From an uncultured Candidatus Peribacteria bacterium (lineage in GTDB: Bacteria > Patescibacteriota > Gracilibacteria > BD1-5 > UBA6164), in NCBI GenBank assembly GCA_964415565.1, contig CAYQAV010000131.1:291-64290 (forward strand): a stretch of DNA of 64,000 nt. The letters are read 5' to 3'. Every line of letters starts with the position of its first letter. Within the stretch, counting starts at the first letter, position 1. The notes under the pieces are model-generated. The model was not told the DNA's origin and ran no database searches. It saw only the letters and a program-made list of their open reading frames with translations. Positions 31,834 to 41,716 of this stretch are shown here, one piece after another. Position numbers and translations under genes: made by a program.

Positions 31834-33268
31834 ATTTTAACATCACTTTTGATAAAAATGTATTTATTTTTTCTTTATTTTCATCTAAATTGAAACAATT
31901 ATAATTTCTATAATGTTTTAAAATTAAATTTATTAAATTTCAATTTTTAGATATATCTAAATCATTTATAGGATTAATTAAAACAATATCATTTTTTGTA
32001 TCAATATTTAAATTTCATATACTTGTAGTATCAAAAGTATTATAAGTTGCAGTTCACCAAATACCATTTGGATATTTTAAATTTGGAATAGCAACTTCTA
32101 ATTTATTATCTGTTTTTGTATATATTTTTTCGTCTCACTGAGTGAAAAAATAAAATTCTTTTTCATTAGATCATATCCTTAATTTTATAGTATAATTTCA
32201 AGGATTTGAAAAATCTATTAAGTTTGTTAGTCAAATAGTATATGTACTTGTTCATATAAAATTTTTATACTCTTGAGTTGCTCAACTCATAAAAGTATAA
32301 GTAAATATATTGGTATTAAAATCTTTTTCATCACTTACTTCATCAATATTGAAGTCAGTATTTATATTAAGAGAAGTTATATTAGAATTTATATTATTAT
32401 TATAAAAACTTAAATAAATTTTATCAATATTATTTTCAGTTACTCATGAAAAAGTAAATATTTTATTTGGTACAATTACTGATTCACTACTAAATTTTAA
32501 TATTTCTCAATTTCAACTATTGGCTATATAAAGTGTTTTTCAAACACTATCATAATATAATCAAGTTGGTTCGTTTAATCCATCATTTTCATCTAAAAGT
32601 GTGTGAATAGTTGTTCATGAAAGGTATAAAATCCTATTATTTAAAGTATCACTTACATATAAAACATCTCAATCAGAAGCCATTCAAGTAGGAGAATTTA
32701 AATATATTCAAGTAGCACTTGTTCACTCACTAAATTTATCTCAAAAAACTCATCTTCAAATAACTGTATTTCATAAATTATCTGTAACCTTATGTTCTTT
32801 TTGATATGAAATATAAGTATTTCATTTATGACTAATACTTCAAGTTAGATAATTATTTGTAGTTATATCTTCTCAATTTTCAAAAAATGGAATAAAGTTT
32901 TTTATAAAAATATGTTTTGTTTTTGTATCTTCGCTACTTACATCATTACAATAATATCAATCTAAAATAGAAGATCCAATATATGTAAAACCTCATTTAT
33001 CAAATATATTTTGTCTTTTAAATATAACTCATGAACTTGTAAAATGTAAACTTCCTGAATTTTCTATACTTCAAAGCGTTTCATATATGTCAGATGCAAA
33101 ATCGTTTAAATCTGAAGCATTTGTCAGAGATTTTTGTTGCAAAAAAATATTTTGCATTCAACTTGATACAAAAACTCAAATAGAAACCATAAGAATCATA
33201 GAAATAGTTATTCAAACTATTAATTCTATCAGTGAAAAGGCTCTTTTTATTTTATTTTTAGAATCCAT
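31832..33268 (-). CDS. type IV pilin-like (prepilin N-terminal methylation motif) protein with NHL-repeat domain (478 aa)
   Basis: MDSKNKIKRA|FSLIELIVGITISMILMVSIGVFV (class III signal peptide). Later DVLYVSDTLNNRILY and GLNEPTGLYYDSVGKTLYIANSGNGEILKF (NHL-like repeats). The start overlaps the end of the holB-like gene by 22 nt. Confidence 0.7.
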
Positions 33269-33936
33269 TTATCAACTATATATTTAGCATTTAAATTATT
33301 TTGTTTTATAGAATTTATATCTTCATTTATTTCTTCTAAATAATTTATAAAAGTTAAATTATTTTTAGAATATATGATTAAATTTTCTAAGAAATCTATG
33401 TATTCTTGTTTTTCTAATTTACTTTTAAAAAAGTAAGCTATTAGTTCATTACTTTCTTCTTTTAAATAGCTTTTTATCAAACTTAAATAAAATGCATTTT
33501 CTTTTTTAATTTGTGAAATATTTAAGTCAATTATTTGAACTCTTGAAATAATTGTTTCTAAAATATTATTTTCTCCAGAATTTGTAGTAAAAATGATGTT
33601 TCAAACTCAAGGTTCTTCAAAAAATTTTAAAAGTGAATTGCTTGAAGTAGGGGTTAATCTAGAGATATTTTCTATAAAAAATATTTGAAATTTAAAAGGT
33701 GATTTTGAGTTAGAATATTCTACAAAGCTTTTTATTTCTTTAATTTTTATTTTTTCTCAGTCATCTTTTAATATATATAAATATACATTTGGAATCTCAA
33801 ATTCTTTAAGTAAGGAAATTGCAATATTTTCTACTTTCTCATTTAGTAAATCTAGGTTTTTTCCAATAAACAAAAAAGGAGACACTTCACCTCCTTTTTT
33901 TATTTTTTCACTTATTTTTGATACTATATTATCCAT
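33247..33936 (-). CDS. holB: DNA polymerase III delta-prime-like subunit (229 aa)
   Basis: PFLFIGKNLDLL..IKEIKSFVEYSNSKSPFKFQIFFIENISRLTPTSSNSLLKFFEEPGVGNIIFTT..ILETIISRVQ; clamp-loader box motifs without an intact Walker A. Confidence 0.65.
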
Positions 33937-34294
33937 TTTCAGCTGAATTAATTATGTCATTTATTAAAGAGTCTATATCATTTAATATTTCTTCTTCAGT
34001 TATGTTGTCTTTAGAAGCTTCTTCATTTGTTTCAACTATAGTTTCTATATTTTTTTCTACACTTGCATTTTGTCCACCAGAATTTGTTTCTATTTTAATT
34101 TCTGTTCACTTTTCATAAAAAGTGTATTTTCATTCTTCACTTATTTCTCCTGTTCAAGTTACAGTTCAAGAATCAGTATTATCAATACTTATAATAGCCC
34201 CAGAATCAGTTTTTGGAGTTGTATTATCGTCTTTAGAAAGAGTACAAGAACTAATAATTAGAGTAAAAAGAGTTATTATTATTAATTTTTTCAT
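33929..34294 (-). CDS. lipoprotein, hypothetical (121 aa)
   Basis: MKKLIIITLFTLIISSC lipobox. Acidic Thr/Glu-rich mature part. The stop overlaps the holB-like ATG (ATGGATAA). Confidence 0.6.
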
Positions 34295-34357
34295 AGATAA
34301 AGCATTAAAAATTACAATTGTTATTATTTTAATTCAAAAATAAAAAAAATCAACAAA

Positions 34358-34400
34358 AAACAATTTAATGCAAATTTAATGTGCCATGAGTATAATGATA
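34358..34400 (+). promoter_or_regulatory. promoter-like 43-nt element, copy 2 (tandem ATTTAATG repeats + TATAAT), upstream of comM
   Basis: aaacaATTTAATGcaaATTTAATGtgccatgagTATAATgata. The TATAAT lies 25 nt before the comM ATG. Confidence 0.6.
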
Positions 34401-34421
34401 TTTTATTATTAAATTTGAAAA

Positions 34422-35960
34422 ATGATAAGTAAAATAAACTCTATTGCTATAAACTGAATTGTTTCTGATTTGATAGAAGTTGAAGTTGATATAAATACAT
34501 GACTTCCTAGTTTTACGATAGTTTGATTGCCTGACCAATGAGTTCAAGAAAGTAAGGAAAGGATTAGATCAGCTTTAAAGTCTAGTAATTCAAAATTACC
34601 AACTTCTAGAATTACTATAAATCTAGCACCAGCAGATATAAAAAAATCATGACCTAATTTTGATCTAGCAATTGCAATTGGGATATTAAATCATGAATGA
34701 GTTATAAATGATGATTATTTAATAGATAGTATATTTGTCTGAGAATTGTCTCTTGATTGAAAACTTAGAAAGATTTCAGGAGTGCTACCAAGTACTATTT
34801 GAGCAAAGGAAAAATGATTTAAAAGAATATTTTTACCACTTGAAAACTCACTAGAAGCATCAATTATTCCTTGAATTGATATAGTTTGAATAAATAATTT
34901 AACTGATTTAATTGATATCTTAAATAAAGATAAACCGTTAGAATTAATTCCAAAACTGGATTTTAAAAATTTAAATAAAGATGATTTTATAGATTCTAAA
35001 TATGATTTAAAATATATTTTATGACAAAATCATGCAAAAAGAGCTCTTGAAATAGCTGCAAGTTGAGGACACAATATAATTATGAGCTGACCACCAGGTT
35101 CTGGAAAAACTATGCTTAGTAGAGCATTTTCAACAATACTTCCTGATTTAACAATTGATGAAGCAATAGAAGTTTCAAAAATTTATAGTATTTCAGGACT
35201 TTTAAATAGTGAAAATCCTATAATTACAAGAAGACCATTTAGAGTTATACATCATACTGCAAGTTCTGTGAGTATTATTTGATGATGAAGAAATGCAAAA
35301 CCAGGTGAGATTTCTCTAGCACATAAATGAGTTTTGTTTTTGGATGAAGTTTTGGAGTTTAATAAAAGTGTTTTGGAGGTTTTAAGACAACCAATCGAAG
35401 ATTGAGAAATCACAGTAAATAGGATAAATGCAAGTCTGACTTATCCAGCTAAATTTATATTAGTTTGAGCTATGAATCCTTGTCCTTGTGGTTTTTTATC
35501 TGATCCAGACAAAGATTGTATTTGTACTTTTAGGCAAATAGAAAATTATAAAAGCAAACTTTCATGACCACTTATAGACAGGATAGATATATTTATAGAA
35601 GTACCAAAAGTAAAAGTATGAGAATTTAAAGTTGATGAAAAATATGAAAATGCAGTTACTTCTAAAATCATAAAAGACAAGGTTGAAAAGTCTAGAATTA
35701 TCCAATTAGCTAGATTTAAAAATACAAAAATCACTTTTAATAGTGAGATGACAACAAAGGAAATAAACAAATATTGTCAGCTTGATAGTGAAAGTGAAAA
35801 TATCTTAAAACAAGCAATTGCAAGTTTAAATCTGTCAGCTAGAGCTTATTATAGGATACTCAAATTATCCAGGACTATAGCGGATTTAGAGTGAAGTGAT
35901 GATATAAAAAAAGAGCATATATTGGAAGCTCTTAGTTTTAGGAAGAGGGAGGAGAAATAA
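34422..35960 (+). CDS. comM: Mg-chelatase-like competence protein ComM/YifB (512 aa)
   Basis: [102 protein letters not shown]. Confidence 0.9.
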
Positions 35961-35967
35961 TATTTAA

Positions 35968-36022
35968 CTAGCATTTTCAAAAATTATTTTTATAATAAAA
36001 ACAAAAATTAAATATAATTATA
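35968..36022 (+). repeat. 55-bp direct repeat, left copy
   Basis: ctagcattttcaaaaattatttttataataaaaacaaaaattaaatataattata; 52/55 identical to 39566-39620. Contains a TATAAT. Confidence 0.85.
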
Positions 36023-36040
36023 GATTAATAAAAAAAATTT

Positions 36041-37510
36041 ATGAATAATCAAATATTATCAAAATATGATACAAAAATAACTCTAGATTTTTTATTAAAA
36101 GAAAAAGAGTCAGTTATTTTTGAAAGAAAATGAATTTTTAAACCAGATGGAGATATTTGATTTTCTCCTTCAAAAGTTGCTAGTGAGATTATTTGAATGT
36201 TAAATGCTGATGGTGGTATTTTGGTTTTATGAATTAATTCTGGAGAAATACAAGATTTAAAACTTTTATCAAACACAAAATTTAATGATTATTTACAAGT
36301 TGTTCATCAATTTATAACTCCACCTGCAATAGTTAAATTAGAGGAAATTTATATAGATTGAAAATGTATTTTAGTCTATCATATACCATCAGAAAAAGAA
36401 AGAATTTTTTGTAGAAAAGATAATGAGGAAGTTTGGTTCAGAAATTGAGATGAAACAATAAAATTAGATAGAGAAGCAGTAAAGGTACTAGAATATAATA
36501 AATCTATAAGAAAATTTGAAGAAGAAAAAAGAGATGACTTTGATAAAGAAGACCTGAGAGAAAGTGTTTTGGAATATTACAAAAAGAAAATAAATTTTAA
36601 CTGAAGTTATGATGATTTATTAGTATATAGAAATTTAGCAATAAAAAAAGATTGAAAGTATATTTATAATAATGCAGCAATCTTACTATTTGCTGAAAAT
36701 ACTGAAAAGTATATAAGTTCTTCTTCAGTAAGATATGTAAGATATTCTTGAATAAAATTAGAATCAGGAAGAAATTTTAATGTTATAAAAGATCAACCAT
36801 TTGAATGATGTATACCAAGACTTATAGAATTAGTAAAAAGATTTTTGAGTAGTGTTTTTAGAGATTATTATTATTTAGATTTAGAAACTTGAAAATTTAA
36901 TAAAATTCCTGAGTATCCTGAAGATGCTTGGCTGGAATGATTAGTAAATGCATTAACTCACAGGTCTTATAATATTCACTGAAATGTTATTTATATTAAA
37001 CATTATGATGATAGACTTGAAATTTCAAATTCTTGACCATTGCCAATGTGAGTAACTGTCAAAAATATAAGAGAAAGGAGATTTTCAAGAAATCCAAAGA
37101 TAGCAAAAGTTTTATATGAAATGTGATATGTAAGAGAATTAAATGAATGAGTAAAAAGAATCTATGAATCAATGGAAAAGTCTTTTTTATGTGAACCAGA
37201 ATATATTGATAAAGAAAATATTGTTACTCTTGTGTTAAAAAATAATGTATCAAAGGATGAAGACACTATTTCTGAAAAAACTATGAAAAGAATAGAAAAT
37301 ATATTTATTTCTTTGAATGATAGTGAAAAACAAATACTTAGTTATTTATTGATTAATAAAAAATCTACAGTTCTAGAATTGAAAGAGAATATTAATATTT
37401 CAATTCAAATGATTAGACAGTATATTAACAATTTTATAGAAATTGAAATAGTTTCTAGAGATAGTGAAAAAATTAGAGACAAAAATGCTATATATAAAAT
37501 TAAGAAATAG
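36041..37510 (+). CDS. AlbA_2/Schlafen-type putative DNA-binding ATPase-like protein with C-terminal wHTH (COG2865-like, 489 aa)
   Basis: ESVIFERKG..SEIIGMLNADGGILVLGI (AlbA_2), RFSRNPKIAKVLYEMGYVRELNEGVKRI (HATPase_c_4-like), C-terminal QILSYLLINKKSTVLELKENINISIQMIRQYINNFIE. Confidence 0.75.
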
Positions 37511-37528
37511 ATTAATCTAAATTAATTT

Positions 37529-37631
37529 AAAATAAGGAAAGTAAAATTAAATATAAATTTGTCTTTATTTTAAGCTATTTTATAAAAACAAGGAAAGTTT
37601 AATAAAAAATAAGGAAAGTAAAATTAATATT
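37529..37631 (+). promoter_or_regulatory. three direct repeats centred on AAGGAAAGT
   Basis: aaaatAAGGAAAGTaaaattaa (core 37534), aaaacAAGGAAAGTttaataa (core 37590), aaaatAAGGAAAGTaaaattaa (core 37611). The last two cores are 21 bp apart. The third copy ends 13 nt before the ATG at 37644. Confidence 0.5.
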
Positions 37632-37643
37632 AAAATCTATATT

Positions 37644-38363
37644 ATGCAAAACAAAGAAATCACATTTTCAGATGCAATAGAACAAGTTATGATAAATAAT
37701 TGATTTTATGCACCACTTTCTCTTATTTATAAAGAATTTTGAAAATATAGAGAAAAAACTTGATTAACTACAGATAATACAATTCAAGAAAGAGTTCAAA
37801 GAGATAAAAGATTTACTAAAATTGGTTATTGAGTTTATGCTTTAACTGAATTTTTAGATAAATTACCAAAAGAAAAGCCTATAAAAACAGAAAAAGATAA
37901 GATTGAAAGAATGCATTCAAGAATTCAATGAATGCTTATTGAAATTTGAAATATGAATTGATATGATACATATACTCCTGATAAAAATTGAATTTTTATA
38001 AACAAAGAAATTTGAAAACTAGCTACTCTTGATAAAATTCCACAATTCACATATGAAAAAATTATCAATGATTCTATAAGATTTGTTGATGTAATTTGGT
38101 TTAATGAAAGATGATTTCCTGCAAAATTGATAGAAGTTGAAAATTCTACAGATTTTAGAGCTTGATTTATAAAAATGAATGAAATTCAAGATTTTAGAAC
38201 TGATTTTTTATTTATTGCACCAGAAGAAAGAAAAAATAAATTTGATACTGAAAGACAAAAAATTGCATTTAAAAATATAAAAGATAGATGTATATTTCAA
38301 ACTTATGATTTTGTAGAAAATTGGTACAATAATCATATTGAATGAAAAAAGTTTAAAATATAA
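37644..38363 (+). CDS. HARE-HTH domain + PD-(D/E)XK-like nuclease candidate (239 aa); putative restriction endonuclease
   Basis: N-terminus ITFSDAIEQVMINNGFYAPLSLIYKEF..TIQERVQRDKRFTKIGYGVYAL (HARE-HTH pattern). C-terminus HSRIQGMLIEIGNMNGY..VDVIWFNERGFPAKLIEVENS (D...EVE core). Confidence 0.55.
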
Positions 38364-38441
38364 TTTTACTACTTATAATCTGTTGTAATTCATGAGTTTT
38401 CATGTAAAATAAGCCAATATTTAATATTGACTTATTTTTTT

Positions 38442-39512
38442 ATGAACTACCTTTGATCAAAAAAATCATTAATAGAATTTATAGAAAAATCTATAAATTC
38501 TATAGTTAGTGAAAAAAAATATACATTTTCTGATCTTTTTGCTTGAACTTGAATAGTTTGAAGATATTTTAAAGAGAAATGACATAGTGTAATCGCAAAT
38601 GATTTGCAATATTATAGCTTTGTATTAAATAAAAACTATATCTGAAATCATACTGATTTATATTTTTCTTGATTAAGAGAAAAAATCCCAGAATTATTTG
38701 TTTGAGATGTAAATAATTATAAAGAAATAGTTTGTAATTATCTAAATTGATTGAAATGAAAAAAATGATTTATATATAAAAACTATTCTGTTTGATGAAC
38801 AAAATGAGAAGAATACGAAAGAATGTATTTCTCAGATGAAAATGCAATGAAATGTGATGCAATAAGAAGTAAGATTGAAAAATGGAAAGATAAAGAACTT
38901 ATAACTGAAAACGAATATTATTTTTTATTAACAAGTTTATTAGAAAATATAGATAAGGTTGCAAATACTGCTTCTGTTTACTGAGCTTTTTTGAAAAAAT
39001 TAAAAAAATCAGCAGAAAAAGTTATGTTTTTAAAACCAGCAGATTTTTTCTTAAATGATCACGAACATACAGTTTATAATTCAGATGTAAATGAATTAAT
39101 TAAAAATACTTCTCACGAAGTTGTATATTTGGATCCACCATATAATGAAAGACAATATAGTGCAAATTATCATGTACTTGAAACAATAGCAAAATATGAT
39201 AAACCAAAACTAAAATGAAAAACTTGAATGAGAGATTATAGTAAACAAAAATCACTTTATTGTAAAAAAACAGAAGTTAAGAATTCATTTAGAGAATTAA
39301 TCCAAAATATAGATGCAAAATATGTATTTTTGAGCTATAATTGTGAATGATTAATGAATATAGATGAAATAAAAGAAATAATGTCTTCAAGATGAGAATA
39401 TTGAGTTTTTACTAAAGAATATAAAAGATTTAAAGCAGATAAAACAGAAAATAGAAATCATAAAAAAGTATGAGTAACTGAATATTTACATTATGTTAAA
39501 ATAATGAATTAA
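38442..39512 (+). CDS. D12-class N6-adenine DNA methyltransferase (356 aa)
   Basis: MNYLGSKKSLIEFI, motif I DLFAGTGIVG, motif IV VYLDPPYN. Target sequence cannot be inferred. Confidence 0.85.
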
Positions 39513-39515
39513 ATA

Positions 39516-39560
39516 AAAAACAATCATTTTGTCGGAGCTGACAAAATGGTTGTTTTTTAT
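39516..39560 (+). terminator. intrinsic terminator after the methylase gene
   Basis: Stem aaaaacaatcattttgtc/gacaaaatggttgttttt, loop ggagct, T-run. Confidence 0.7.
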
Positions 39561-39565
39561 TTTTT

Positions 39566-39620
39566 CTAGCATTTTCAAAAAATATTTTTATAATAAAAAC
39601 CAAAATTAAATTTAATTATA
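39566..39620 (+). repeat. 55-bp direct repeat, right copy
   Basis: ctagcattttcaaaaaatatttttataataaaaaccaaaattaaatttaattata; it ends 4 nt before the ATG at 39625. Confidence 0.85.
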
Positions 39621-39624
39621 AAAG

Positions 39625-40650
39625 ATGAAAATAAGTATTTTTGCTTCGATTTGAGCACAAAACCTTTGAGATGAACTGATATTAAAAAACGAAATAAAAC
39701 TTTTAAAGAAAGAGTATTGAGAAGATACTAAATTTAGAGTTTTTACTTACGATAAAAAAAATCCATTTTTTATTGACGAAAATGTAGTTTATAGTGAATA
39801 TTTTCCAATTTTAATAAGAGAATGAAAAAAAATATTTAAAAATTTAATCAATTTTTTTATATTTATTTTTAGTGTTATTTGAAGTGATTTAATAGTTATA
39901 GGTTGAGGTTGAATCATATATGACAATGAAGTACAATCTACAAAAAATCCTCTAGATTCTTGGATTTTTAGAGTAAGAGTTTTTAGATTTTTTAGAAAGA
40001 AATTCAGATTTTTTAGAGTTTGAATAAATATTAAAAATGAACTTAGTTTAAAAAAAGTTAAAAAAATATTTAAAAAAGCTTATAAAATAGAAGTAAGAGA
40101 TAATTATAGTTTTGAATTATTGAAATCTTTGTGAATAGAATCAAGTATAGAAAAAGACCCAGTTTTCTATGATGCTTGAGAATTAGTAATTGATAAATCT
40201 ATAATTTGAACTATTTCATCATATCATTTTGATAAAACTTTATTTAAAGATTTTGACTTAGTTTGAAAAAAAATTGGTTTGGCAATAAGAGCTTGATATT
40301 TTTTTGAACAATCAAACATATCTTCAAGGATGGAAGAGTGAAGAGTTAGAGAAATAATAAATTATTTAGTTTCAGAGTGAGCAAGTGTTGTTTTATTACC
40401 TCATAGTTTTCACGAAACTGATGAATTGGCAAATGATTTCTTGTTTATGAGTAATTTTATTTGAGAAGAGTGAGTTAGTATAAAAGAAAATATGACAGAA
40501 GTTTATGAAACTTATACAAAAAAAGAAATTGATATCTGCATTGCTATGAGATTACACTCTATAATTCTTAGTCATGTTTATAAGATTCCTTTTATTTGAG
40601 TTAGTTATTCTACAAAAACAGATGAAGTTTTAAATGAATTAAAAAAATAA
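39625..40650 (+). CDS. polysaccharide pyruvyl transferase family protein (341 aa)
   Basis: MKISIFASIGAQNLGDELIL..LIVIGGGGIIYD..VVLLPHSF..CIAMRLHSIILS. Confidence 0.7.
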
Positions 40651-40651
40651 T

Positions 40652-40933
40652 ATGAAACAAGAAATCTTGAATTATCTTCTAACTATTCCTAAGTGAAAAG
40701 TTACAACATATAAAAATATTGCTAATATATTTGGTGTTCATCCTAGAACTGTTTCTCAAACTATGAGATATAATAAAAATCCAGAAATTTTTCCTTGTTA
40801 TAAAGTTATAGCATCAACTTGAAAAATAAGTTGATACAATACTTCAAGATGAGTAGAAGAAAAAATAGAAAAATTAAAAAATGATGGTATTGAAGTTATA
40901 AATTGAGTTGTTGATAAAAAATTTATTATATAA
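40652..40933 (+). CDS. MGMT-family DNA-binding domain protein (93 aa, C-terminal domain only)
   Basis: IPKGKVTTYKNIANIFGVHPRTVSQTMRYNKNPEIFPCYKVI. The canonical PCHRV is PCYKV here (Cys retained). Confidence 0.7.
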
Positions 40934-40969
40934 AAAAAACTCTGATTTTTAAAAATCAGAGTTTTTTTT
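40932..40969. terminator. bidirectional terminator
   Basis: aactctgattttt/aaaaatcagagtt with A-run and T-run flanks. The ung stop lies at its edge. Confidence 0.7.
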
Positions 40970-41645
40970 ATATCTTCCAATCTATTTCTTTTTCTCATCT
41001 TTCAAGTAATATTTCGTTTACTTTTTTAAAATGATTATTTCATAAAAATCATCTGTGTGCTGAAAATGGGGAAGGATGTGGACTCTCTAAAACTATGTGT
41101 TTTTTTGTATCAATTAGTGATTTTTTACCTTGTGCAAATGCTCACCAAAGTAAAAAAATAACATTTTCTTTCTCAATACTTATAGTTTTTATTATCTCGT
41201 TTGTAAATTTTTCCCAACCAATTTTAGAATGACTTGCTGGATTTCAAGCTTGTACAGTTAGAATTGCATTTAGTAAGAAAACTCATTGTTTTGTCCAAGG
41301 AGTTAAATCTCAAGAAGTAGAGTTTTTTATTCACAAACTAAATTCAATCTCCTTGTAAATATTTTTTAAACTTGGAGGAAGTTTTGTTCATTCTGGAACT
41401 GAAAAACAAAAACCTTGTGCTTGTCATGCTCAATGATATGGATCTTGTCACAAGATAACAACTTTTAAATCTTTGAAATTTGTTTTCTCAAATGCATTAA
41501 AAACCATATTTAAAGGAGGATATATAGTTATAGAAGAGTCTATATCTTTTTGTATTTCAGTTCTTATTCATGAAAAATAATCTTTTCTAAACTCTTTTTC
41601 AATAATATCTTTCCAATCATTTTTTATATAGTTTTCTAGTTTCAT
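40968..41645 (-). CDS. ung: uracil-DNA glycosylase (225 aa)
   Basis: [48 protein letters not shown]. Confidence 0.9.
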
Positions 41646-41716
41646 TATTTCTTGAAATTATATTTTAAATTCATAAAATCATCTTACTTAAATTTTCTAA
41701 AAAATAAATAATTATT

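Noticed and set aside
37529-37631. A CRISPR array (short direct repeats here; repeat-like palindromes at 62486-62767).
   Set aside because: There are only 2-3 copies with irregular spacing, the repeats are 9-22 nt rather than 24-40 nt, and no cas genes are in the window.
35968-39620. A prophage or integrative element with its own recombinase.
   Set aside because: No integrase, transposase or phage structural gene lies between the direct repeats. Only three cargo genes are present, so I describe it as a repeat-flanked cassette rather than a mobile element.
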